Shown: positions 24,633 through 32,000 of the stretch, one piece after another
Layout: each line of letters starts with the position of its first letter
Numbering within the stretch: the stretch's first letter is position 1
NCBI RefSeq assembly: GCF_000146505.1
Contig: NC_017448.1
Location: 1,290,001-1,322,000 of the forward strand
From: Fibrobacter succinogenes subsp. succinogenes S85
GTDB taxonomy: Bacteria; Fibrobacterota; Fibrobacteria; Fibrobacterales; Fibrobacteraceae
DNA length: 32,000 bases
Reading direction: 5' to 3'
Notes under the pieces: model-generated
Told to the model about the DNA's origin: nothing
Database searches by the model: none
What the model saw: only the letters and a program-made list of their open reading frames with translations
Made by a program: the position numbers and the translations under genes

Positions 24633-25631
24633 ATGAGCAACTTCAAACTTATTTCCCGTCCTTTGGGCACTGTGCAGTGCTTTGTTTTGCAGCGTGACGA
24701 CGGCGCTGAATTTGAAATTTTGAGCGGATACGGCGCTGGACTCAACGCTTGGCGCATCCCCGACAATAACGGCAAGCTCCAAGACCTCCTTTTTGGCTAC
24801 CGCGAAGGCGACGACATTTTCAAGATGGGCCCCGACACAAACGCGGGTTGCAGACTAACCCCGTTCCCGGGACGCGTGGCATACGCCAAATTCAACTGGA
24901 ACGGCAACGATTACCAGCTCGTCAACAATGTGAGTTGGGCTCCGCACGCCCTCCACGGCTTTTTGCAGAACAAGGAATGGAACCTCCTGAGTTTCGAAAG
25001 CGATAGCGAAAAATGCGTAGCGACATTCGGTATCGACTGGCCGGGTGCATTTACTGGGTTCCCGTTCCCCTTCCGCGCGGTCAACAAGGTTACGTTCACT
25101 GGCGAAAGCTACACCGTCGAATCGACCGTCACGAACATCGGCAAGGGCGACCTCCCCTATTCCGAAGGCTGGCACCCCTATTACACACTCGGTGAAAAAA
25201 TCAACGGACTCCAGATGACTCTCCCGGAATCGAACCTCGCGATTCTCGACAAGGCAGACATCCCGACAGGCGAATTCAAACCGGATACCCGTTTCGTGGG
25301 CGGTAGGCTCATCAATGACGAGTTCATCAACGACTGTTTCTGTCTAAACCAAGGCGAAGGCCCCTACGTTCTCAAAAACAATAAAAATTTTGAGAACATT
25401 TTAGCCACCGTAGAACTCAAAAGCGATACCAAATCCCTCCAAATTTGGCAAAAGGCCGGCAAAGAACAATATAATGCGATCCAGATTTACACACCGCCTG
25501 ACCGCATGAGCATCGCTATCGAACCAATGACCGCGGAACCCGATACTTTAAACCATCACCGCGATTTAATCGTCATCAAGCCAAGCGAAAGCCGCACGTT
25601 CGTTTTCGGAGCAAAGTTCCAAAAACGCTAA
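24633..25631 (+). CDS. Aldose 1-epimerase (galactose mutarotase-like) family protein
   Basis: 332-aa ORF with no signal peptide. Family-typical motifs are GYGAGLNAW, PFPGRV, HALHGF and EGWHPYY, with a terminal EPMTAEPD. Confidence 0.8.
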   Translation: MSNFKLISRPLGTVQCFVLQRDDGAEFEILSGYGAGLNAWRIPDNNGKLQDLLFGYREGDDIFKMGPDTNAGCRLTPFPGRVAYAKFNWNGNDYQLVNNVSWAPHALHGFLQNKEWNLLSFESDSEKCVATFGIDWPGAFTGFPFPFRAVNKVTFTGESYTVESTVTNIGKGDLPYSEGWHPYYTLGEKINGLQMTLPESNLAILDKADIPTGEFKPDTRFVGGRLINDEFINDCFCLNQGEGPYVLKNNKNFENILATVELKSDTKSLQIWQKAGKEQYNAIQIYTPPDRMSIAIEPMTAEPDTLNHHRDLIVIKPSESRTFVFGAKFQKR

Positions 25632-25685
25632 AAAACGGACAAAAAAGGCATCCAAAAATGCCCGTAAACATATTTTTTCCTTTCA

Positions 25686-25716
25686 AGCAAAAATGCTATT
25701 GCATTTTTGCTTTTTT
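25686..25716 (+). terminator. Rho-independent terminator-like hairpin after the epimerase gene
   Basis: AGCAAAAATGC-tatt-GCATTTTTGCT is a perfect 11-bp stem, followed by TTTTT. It also sits where a -35 region for the next gene would be, so an operator role cannot be excluded. Confidence 0.5.
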
Positions 25717-25719
25717 CAA

Positions 25720-25725
25720 TATATT
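25720..25725 (+). promoter_or_regulatory. Candidate -10 hexamer (TATATT) for the first GH26 gene
   Basis: TATATT ends 28 nt upstream of the ATG at 25754, the same spacing as at thrC. AAGGAGA (SD) lies between them. Confidence 0.3.
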
Positions 25726-25753
25726 TTGAGAACACGTATCTTAAGGAGAGAAC

Positions 25754-28075
25754 ATGGATTTTAAGAAAGTTTTCCTCGCATGTGGCCTTTCAGTCGCCTG
25801 CACCGCCTTCGCGGCCCCATATGAAGCCGAAGACGCAACCATCACCAAAGACGCAGCCGTTGCCTCTAGCACCGAAGCTTCCGGCGGTAAATATGTCAAG
25901 ATGAACGGCGGCGACATCACTTTTTCCAAGGTGACGGTCGAAAAAGCAGGCAAATACACCATCGTTCTCCACTACATGAACAATTACGGTGGATCCAAGA
26001 TTAACAACGTTGAAGTCGGCGGAGCCTCCTCTGCCGTGACGTTCGATGTGACCGACAAGGGCAAATTTGCCGACGTCGAAACGGTCATGAACCTCGCCGC
26101 CGGTGAGAACACTATCGCCATCACCAATAGCTGGGGCTGGATTGACCTCGACTACATCGAAGTCAAGGGTTACGAAGCTAAAGCATTCAACCTCTGCAAC
26201 GCCCCGGTGACAAAGACCGCCACCCCGTCTGCCATCAAGCTATACAACTTCCTTGTCAACAACTTCGGCAAAAAGACCATTTCCGGCGTGATGACCGGTA
26301 ACATGGACGCCTACACCAAGGGTGACGCCACCCAGCACGAAGACGTTCAGGCCGTATTCAAGGCCGGCGGCAAGTACCCCGCACTCGTTGGAGTCGACCT
26401 GATGAACGCCACCGGCGCAAGCAAAAACAACAGCTGGTTCCAGGAATACACCGAAAAGGCCATCGATATCGCCAAGAGCACATGGAAGAAGGGCGGCATT
26501 CCGGCATTCACATGGCACTGGCGTCCGGGTGACGAAGAGAATTTCTACGTGAAAGGCGCAAACGACAACTACACCGAATTCGACTTTACCGAAGCCTTCG
26601 TGACCGGTACGACCAACTGGGATACCGTTTCGACCGCTTACAAGGCACTCGTTGCTGACATCGATCTCGTTTCCAAGATTTTCCTTGACCTCCAGAAAGA
26701 AGGCGTTGCCGCCATCTTCCGCCCGCTTCATGAATCCGGTGGTAACTGGTTCTGGTGGAGCACCCACACAGGCAAGCAGTTCGCCGCACTCTACCAGTTG
26801 CTCTACGAACGCATGGTGTTCACGAATGGCGTCAACAACCTCATTTGGGACTTCAACCCGAAGGATGCCGCTACGATGTCCTGGACCCCGGGCGAGACCT
26901 ACTATGACGTGTTGAGCGTCGACATTTACAACGCAGCAAACGACCATCAGAGCAACAGCTCCGCATTTATCGACCTCACGAACAAGGCTGGCACCAACAA
27001 GATTATCTCCCTCAGCGAAAACGGCCCGATTCCTGACGTTGACAAGATGTACGAAGACGGTGCTACTTGGAGCTGGTGGATGCCGTGGTACGAATCCCCG
27101 AGCTGGAACGGTGGCTACGTAAGCCAGACTGCAGCAAGCGTATGGCAGAAGAACCTCGCTGACGAACGCATCATCACCCTCGACAAAATGCCGGGCTGGG
27201 ACAACTATAGCGAAGCTGCCGCAGCAACAAACGTTTGCCCGACTTCTACACAGAACGCCAAGTTCGGTGCTGACACCGCCAAGGCCAATCCGGAAAATGT
27301 TGACCTCGTCATGGGCGTGACCTACAAGGCTATCAACGATAGCGGTGCAAACATCGAATTCAAGAAGGTTCCGAAACTGACCGGTGCAAAGAGCATCGCC
27401 GTCACGATCGAAAACAAGGGTTCTGGTGGAGAAATGAACGGCATTTGGATCGGCATGGCATTCGTCCGCGACGGTTCCAAGGACAAGGCTTGGACCTGGG
27501 AACAGTCCCCGTCTGATGGTTGCTGGCTCAACGACGGTGCAAAATCCACTTGCGAATTCGCCATCGAAACGTACACCGATGACGCAGGCGTTGAACATCC
27601 GATGGACCTCGACAACCTCTTCTCCGTCACCTTCATCTTGGCAGGCGCAAACGGATTCGAAGGCACCGTCCTCTTCGACAACATGGTCACGGACAACGGC
27701 ATCATCATTAACGGATTCAACAAGAAGACGGAACTCTTCACCGCTGCAGACCAGAGCAAGGGTCACATCGCAAGTATCGAACTCTATAACAAGGACGGTA
27801 CGCCGGTAACGCCTTCCGCACTTAAGCCGATTGCCGCCGCAAAGAAGGCAGGCTTGAACGTCAAGAACGGCAACCTCTTGCTCACCGCAAACGCATCCGG
27901 TTTCGCAAGCATCGACGTGTTCAACATGATCGGCAAGCGCGTCGCGACACTCCACCGCGGAAACCTCAGCGCAGGCAGCCACACGTTCAGCCTCCAGAAC
28001 CTCAACAAGGGTCAGTACATCATCCGCGTCAAGGGCGCCGGACTCAATGCCACCCAGAAGGTTCTCATCAAGTAG
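25754..28075 (+). CDS. Secreted modular beta-mannanase: CBM6/35-like + GH26 + unknown beta-sandwich-like module + sorting-like C-terminal domain
   Basis: 773-aa ORF with a signal peptide ending AFA|APYEAEDA. The CBM6/35-like module runs YEAEDATI...GGKYVKM...AGKYTIVLHY...NSWGWIDLDYIEV. GH26 motifs are FRPLHESGGNWFWWS (acid/base Glu) and IISLSENGP (nucleophile Glu). The tail is FASIDVFNMIGKRVATLHRGNLSAGSHTFSLQNLNKGQYIIRVKGAGLNATQKVLIK. Confidence 0.88.
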   Translation: MDFKKVFLACGLSVACTAFAAPYEAEDATITKDAAVASSTEASGGKYVKMNGGDITFSKVTVEKAGKYTIVLHYMNNYGGSKINNVEVGGASSAVTFDVTDKGKFADVETVMNLAAGENTIAITNSWGWIDLDYIEVKGYEAKAFNLCNAPVTKTATPSAIKLYNFLVNNFGKKTISGVMTGNMDAYTKGDATQHEDVQAVFKAGGKYPALVGVDLMNATGASKNNSWFQEYTEKAIDIAKSTWKKGGIPAFTWHWRPGDEENFYVKGANDNYTEFDFTEAFVTGTTNWDTVSTAYKALVADIDLVSKIFLDLQKEGVAAIFRPLHESGGNWFWWSTHTGKQFAALYQLLYERMVFTNGVNNLIWDFNPKDAATMSWTPGETYYDVLSVDIYNAANDHQSNSSAFIDLTNKAGTNKIISLSENGPIPDVDKMYEDGATWSWWMPWYESPSWNGGYVSQTAASVWQKNLADERIITLDKMPGWDNYSEAAAATNVCPTSTQNAKFGADTAKANPENVDLVMGVTYKAINDSGANIEFKKVPKLTGAKSIAVTIENKGSGGEMNGIWIGMAFVRDGSKDKAWTWEQSPSDGCWLNDGAKSTCEFAIETYTDDAGVEHPMDLDNLFSVTFILAGANGFEGTVLFDNMVTDNGIIINGFNKKTELFTAADQSKGHIASIELYNKDGTPVTPSALKPIAAAKKAGLNVKNGNLLLTANASGFASIDVFNMIGKRVATLHRGNLSAGSHTFSLQNLNKGQYIIRVKGAGLNATQKVLIK

Positions 28076-28101
28076 ACTATAACACAAAAAGCCAAATACC
28101 T

Positions 28102-28129
28102 AAAGGCGGCCGCACAAGCGGTCGCCTTT
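28102..28129 (+). terminator. Rho-independent terminator-like hairpin after GH26 gene 1
   Basis: AAAGGCGGCCGC-acaa-GCGGTCGCCTTT forms a 9-bp GC stem with one G-U pair, plus an A/T extension. The trailing T-tract is short (TTTCCTT). Confidence 0.55.
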
Positions 28130-28386
28130 CCTTATAATGTGTATTCCGTCACTTTTTGCCCCGAACGACCCAAATAAATCGTTTATTTATCTTACATTTC
28201 CGTGAAAATATTGCACTTTCTCACAGTGCGTCTTGACTTCATTTTTCACAAATCTATTTTTCTATAGACGATATTTAGGATGTTTGGGGGTGTGGACATT
28301 TTCCACAAGTTTTGTCAACACTCAAAAGTCGGGATTGCCCTATTTCATCGTTAAAAATCTAGTTTCAAGAAAAACAAGGATATTTC

Positions 28387-30273
28387 ATGAATAGCTTCAA
28401 GACTTTAATCGCCGCATCACTCCTCGGAACAGCAGCATTTGCAGCACCGGGACTCAAGGTGAGCGGCACAGACCTTCAGTATAACGGCAAGAAGATTTTC
28501 TTCTCGGGTACAAACCTCGCCTGGAGCGACTACAACTCTGACGTGGGTGCTTCCCCGCTGGACGAAAATGCATGGCGCAAGGCTGTGGAAGGCACGCGTG
28601 CCGCAGGCGGTAACGCTATTCGTTGGTGGCTCTTTAACAACATGAGCCAGAGCCCAACAATTGACGAAACGACGCACTTGGTTACAGGTCCGAAGGAAAA
28701 CACCATCGCCAACATGAAGAAGGCTTTGGACATCGCCGAAGAATACGGTGTGATGGTCTCGATGTGCCTTTTCAGCCACAACTTGATGGAACCGAACCAG
28801 TGGGGTCTTTACAACGAAAAGCTAGACATTACCGCAAACGAATTGCTTTTCGAAGACGCGGGCACCAAGGCTTTTATTGACAACGTTCTTATTCCGGTCG
28901 TGAAAGCCATTGGCAATCACAAAGCGCTCATGACTTGGGAAGTCTTTAACGAACCCGAGGGCATGACTAGCGAATGCAGCGGCTGGACTACAAAGAAGAT
29001 GGCTCTTGCCAAAATCCAGAAGTTTACGAACAAGGTTGCAGCAGCCATCCACACGACAAACCCGGAACTTCTCGTTTCGACCGGTAGCGTGAACATCAAG
29101 TATCAGAAGCATTGGAATGACGCAGCCCTCATCGAAGCGGGTGGCGAAGCCAACGGTACGCTTGACTTTTTCCAGACGCACTATTACCCGTACTGGCAAG
29201 ACAATTCCGTAAGCCCGTTCGTAAACACTGCGGCCCAAATGGCGACCAAGTACAGCTACGACAGCAAGCCGATGATCATCGGTGAATTCCCGGCAAGCGG
29301 TTGGGCTGGCGATACATACCGCTCCAATTTTGCCGCAAAGACAGAAATTACAACGGAAGAATGCTACCGCAAGGCTTTTGACGGTGGTTATGCAGGCGCT
29401 CTCGCCTGGCAGTACATCGGCGACAAGACCGAAGCGAATTTCGGTGGTTACAGCTACACGATTGATCCCGCGCTCAAGGCAATGACGGCTCTCGCCGCAA
29501 CGGAAGAAGCCTCCATCAAGATCAAGGATGTGGACATTTCCGGCTCCACGGGCGGAAACGGCATGATGGCCGTGACTTACGGCGCCGACAACGGCCAGGT
29601 CGAATACCAGAACAAGGGCGGCTGGGACCTCTCCGGCGCAACGACGTTCACTTGGACAGCCAAGAACAATGGCAAGACCGATGCCGACATCTACTTGATT
29701 TTCAAGCTCACGGATTCCTGGACATGGACCGAAACGGACGGCAGCTGCAAGGTTCCGGCAGGCGAAAAGGTCACTTGCTCCATTGACATTTCTAGCTTTG
29801 CCGACCGCAACAAGACGCTCAGCATCACGCTCGCAAACTACGCCTCCGGCTACACCGGCACGGTGATTTACGACGACATCAAGGCCGGCGATTTGACGCT
29901 CTTTGACTTCAACACCGACAAGTACGACGCCTTCAAGCGCGGTTACGAAAACACCGAAGAAATGATTCCAGAAATCAAGATTGTCTTCGATGAAAACTAC
30001 GTTTACGGCAAGACTTCCATTTCCAAGAGCAAGCTCGCCGCCACATCCAAGTTTTCCATCAACGGAGACAAGATTACGCTCAACACAAAGGCTAAGGGCC
30101 AAGTCAGCGTTGACGTGTTCGGCATGAACGGAAGAATCGTTGCCACGCTCTTTAACGGAATGCTTGGCGCAGGCAATTACGTGTTCAGCCTTGCTGATAT
30201 GCCGAAGGGCCAGTACATCATCCGCATGAAGGGTGCCGGAATCACCACGACGCAGCCCGTAATTGTGAAGTAA
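28387..30273 (+). CDS. Secreted modular GH5 endo-beta-1,4-mannanase-like enzyme + unknown module + sorting-like C-terminal domain
   Basis: 628-aa ORF with a signal peptide ending AFA|APG. GH5 clan-A motifs are GTNLAWSDYNSDVG, WEVFNEPEG (acid/base), FFQTHYYPYW and IIGEFPASG (nucleophile). This motif set looks more mannanase-like than cellulase-like. The tail is QVSVDVFGMNGRIVATLFNGMLGAGNYVFSLADMPKGQYIIRMKGAGITTTQPVIVK. Confidence 0.82.
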   Translation: MNSFKTLIAASLLGTAAFAAPGLKVSGTDLQYNGKKIFFSGTNLAWSDYNSDVGASPLDENAWRKAVEGTRAAGGNAIRWWLFNNMSQSPTIDETTHLVTGPKENTIANMKKALDIAEEYGVMVSMCLFSHNLMEPNQWGLYNEKLDITANELLFEDAGTKAFIDNVLIPVVKAIGNHKALMTWEVFNEPEGMTSECSGWTTKKMALAKIQKFTNKVAAAIHTTNPELLVSTGSVNIKYQKHWNDAALIEAGGEANGTLDFFQTHYYPYWQDNSVSPFVNTAAQMATKYSYDSKPMIIGEFPASGWAGDTYRSNFAAKTEITTEECYRKAFDGGYAGALAWQYIGDKTEANFGGYSYTIDPALKAMTALAATEEASIKIKDVDISGSTGGNGMMAVTYGADNGQVEYQNKGGWDLSGATTFTWTAKNNGKTDADIYLIFKLTDSWTWTETDGSCKVPAGEKVTCSIDISSFADRNKTLSITLANYASGYTGTVIYDDIKAGDLTLFDFNTDKYDAFKRGYENTEEMIPEIKIVFDENYVYGKTSISKSKLAATSKFSINGDKITLNTKAKGQVSVDVFGMNGRIVATLFNGMLGAGNYVFSLADMPKGQYIIRMKGAGITTTQPVIVK

Positions 30274-30297
30274 AAAGACGATTTATAAAACGTTTCG

Positions 30298-30327
30298 AGA
30301 GTCCCGCGAAAACGGGACTCTTTTTTA
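30298..30327 (+). terminator. Rho-independent terminator after the GH5 gene
   Basis: AGAGTCCCG-cgaaaa-CGGGACTCT forms a 9-bp stem, followed by TTTTTATTT. Confidence 0.75.
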
Positions 30328-30420
30328 TTTCGGGGGAAATTTTTGGACTATTGCAATGACGAAAATCCTTTGAATTTTGGGCGTAAGAATATAGATTTAG
30401 GGGTGGAGATATGGATGTTT

Positions 30421-32000
30421 ATGAAACACTTTAACTACACAAATTTTGTCGCTACGGCAACTGTCGCAGCACTCGCAGGCACTGCTTTTGCCGCCACCCC
30501 CATCCGTTTAGAAGCCGAAGACGCCGTCCTCGCCGATGACCACAAAGTCGTCGTTACCGAAGACGCAAAGGCTTCTGGCGGCAAGTACGTCCAGATGAAA
30601 GAAGGCAACCTGGAATTCAAAGTGACTGTACCCGCCACGGGTTATTACACACTTTGGGCCACATACCAGTTGCCAACAGCTTCCGGAAACAAAATCCAGA
30701 ACTTGACCGTCAACGATGTTTCTGCCGGGCAGATTTCTTTCGGCACATCTGATGATTTCAAGACCATCAAGGGCGCAGGCAAAATCAAGCTCACCACAGG
30801 CGAAAACAAGATTGGTATCGTCCACAGTTGGGGCTGGGTCAACATTGACTACATTGAACTCACGGAATACGAAGCAAGCCCGTGGAGCCTCTCCCCGACT
30901 CCGGTCACGCCAGAGCCGACCGAAAGCGCACAGAAACTCTACAACTTCTTGCTCAACAATTTCGGCAAGCACGTGATTAGCGGCGTCATGACGGAACGCC
31001 CGTTCGAAAACAACGGCCAGTACACCCCGCAAAACTACGAAACGCAAACCGAACTCAGCTACATCAACCAAGCAAGCGGCAAGAACGTGGTCCTCGTCGG
31101 TTTTGACTTTTTGCACGCATCGGGCAAGAATTCCGACCAGCAATGGTATCAAGGCTACACGCACGCTTCGCTCGAAATGGCAAAGACCGTTTGGAAAGCT
31201 GGCGGCATACCGCAATTCAACTGGCATTGGAAAGACCCGACGCTCGAAGTCGAAGCGTTCTACACCGAATCTAGTGGCAATACTCCTTTCGCAGAATTCA
31301 GCATCAACAAGGCTTATGACGAGGCCACCGGCAAGTGGAAAACAGATAGCGATGCCTACAAGGCAATTGTCCGCGATATGGAAATGATCGCCGACTCGCT
31401 TTTGACTTTGCAAAAAAAAGGCGTTGCCGTTCTTTGGCGCCCGCTCCACGAAGCAAGTGGTAAGTGGTTCTGGTGGGGCACCGATGGCGCCAAGCCGTGC
31501 GTTGCTTTGTACAAGCTCATGTTCGATATTTTCGTGAACCAGAAAGGTTTACACAACTTGATTTGGGTGTGGACCACCGACGAAGCAAGCGACGCTCTCG
31601 ACTGGTATCCAGGCGATGAATACGTGGACGTTGTGGGCCGCGACTACTATTACTATCCGCGTGAATCCAACCACTCTAGCCTTGTCGGCAGCTTTGAAAC
31701 AGTCAAGGAAATGTTCGGCGGCAGAAAGATTGTAACGCTCAGCGAAAACGGTTCCGTGCCCTACCCTGACGAAATGAAGGCTGATGGCGCCAACTGGAGC
31801 TGGTTTATGCCGTGGTATGGCGACTACGCGATGGAAGGTTGGGCAAACGACAACACCAAGGAAAGCTGGAAAATCGTGATGAACAACGAATACACCTTGA
31901 CGCTCGAAGACATGCCGGGCTGGGACAAGTACGAAATCGTCACGCCGCCGACAACGGGAATCAAGAATACTTTACGTTCGCAGAAGGGTATCGCAAGTTT
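30421..32000 (+). CDS. Secreted CBM6/35-like + GH26 beta-mannanase paralogue; 3' end runs off the window
   Basis: Absent from the ORF track because it has no stop in the window. My translation from ATG 30421 reads MKHFNYTNFVATATVAALAGTAFA|ATPIRLEAEDAVL...GGKYVQMKEG...HSWGWVNIDYIEL...LWRPLHEASGKWFWWG...IVTLSENGSVPYPD...MPGWDKYEIV and stays open to base 32000. It has the same architecture as 25754-28075. Confidence 0.85.
   Translation, partial: MKHFNYTNFVATATVAALAGTAFAATPIRLEAEDAVLADDHKVVVTEDAKASGGKYVQMKEGNLEFKVTVPATGYYTLWATYQLPTASGNKIQNLTVNDVSAGQISFGTSDDFKTIKGAGKIKLTTGENKIGIVHSWGWVNIDYIELTEYEASPWSLSPTPVTPEPTESAQKLYNFLLNNFGKHVISGVMTERPFENNGQYTPQNYETQTELSYINQASGKNVVLVGFDFLHASGKNSDQQWYQGYTHASLEMAKTVWKAGGIPQFNWHWKDPTLEVEAFYTESSGNTPFAEFSINKAYDEATGKWKTDSDAYKAIVRDMEMIADSLLTLQKKGVAVLWRPLHEASGKWFWWGTDGAKPCVALYKLMFDIFVNQKGLHNLIWVWTTDEASDALDWYPGDEYVDVVGRDYYYYPRESNHSSLVGSFETVKEMFGGRKIVTLSENGSVPYPDEMKADGANWSWFMPWYGDYAMEGWANDNTKESWKIVMNNEYTLTLEDMPGWDKYEIVTPPTTGIKNTLRSQKGIAS

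Noticed and set aside
24600-24782. A 61-codon N-terminal extension of the mnmE ORF in the track.
   Set aside because: The extension has no MnmE homology and would overlap the divergent epimerase gene start. The ATG at 24599 yields the canonical MnmE N-terminus.
28281-28358. A 25-codon upstream ORF (MFGGVDIFHKFCQHSKVGIALFHR) in the long spacer before the GH5 gene.
   Set aside because: It has no SD and no conservation evidence available, and its composition is unremarkable. It is probably chance, though a regulatory leader peptide cannot be excluded without Ribo-seq.
1-32000. A window-wide search for a defence, toxin or mobile system: nucleases, helicase/ATPase pairs, reverse transcriptases, methyltransferases, toxin-antitoxin-sized gene pairs, integrases, transposase ends, and tRNA-flanked islands.
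   Set aside because: Every ORF above about 180 aa is accounted for by metabolic, envelope, protease or CAZyme motifs. No P-loop NTPase other than MnmE was recognised. No HNH/PD-(D/E)xK/RT motifs, terminal inverted repeats or tRNA genes were recognised either.

Overview
This is an ordinary chromosomal window with 23 protein-coding genes, two of them truncated at the window edges. I found no rRNA, tRNA, CRISPR array, transposase, integrase or recognisable defence or toxin module.

All product names come from motifs I read in the translations. No homology search was run.

Gene content, left to right:
- a PurF-like amidotransferase (partial) and an MBL-fold hydrolase
- the end of a surface-polysaccharide cluster: GT1, GT8-like and GT32 on the minus strand, GT2 on the plus strand, and a Wzx-type flippase
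- a tightly packed SRPBCC-like / UbiD-family decarboxylase / secreted HExxH protein trio
- a minus-strand operon of lipoprotein, outer-membrane beta-barrel, Lys/Ala-rich DUF4912-like protein and GH57 branching enzyme
- thrC
- secreted M16 and M6 metalloproteases
- a GlcU/DMT-like permease and mnmE
- an aldose 1-epimerase followed by three tandem secreted mannanases (CBM-GH26, GH5, CBM-GH26)

Four secreted enzymes end in a similar ~60-70 aa sorting-like C-terminal domain. Together with the enzyme repertoire, this suggests a fibrolytic member of the Fibrobacteres-Chlorobi-Bacteroidetes group, possibly Fibrobacter-like. That is inference and is unverified.

The least expected signal is at the DNA level. 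A family of short tandem arrays shares a 7-nt (or 14-nt) period but uses different unit sequences:
- a 147-nt composite tract between two divergent promoters (16919-17065)
- a TAGTGNN x4 array that supplies the stop codons of two convergent genes (11283-11310)
- an AGACGAR x4 array inside mnmE that shares an exact 17-mer with the intergenic tract

I did not find a clear novel multi-gene system. The envelope/glycogen operon and the heptad repeats are the best candidates for follow-up.
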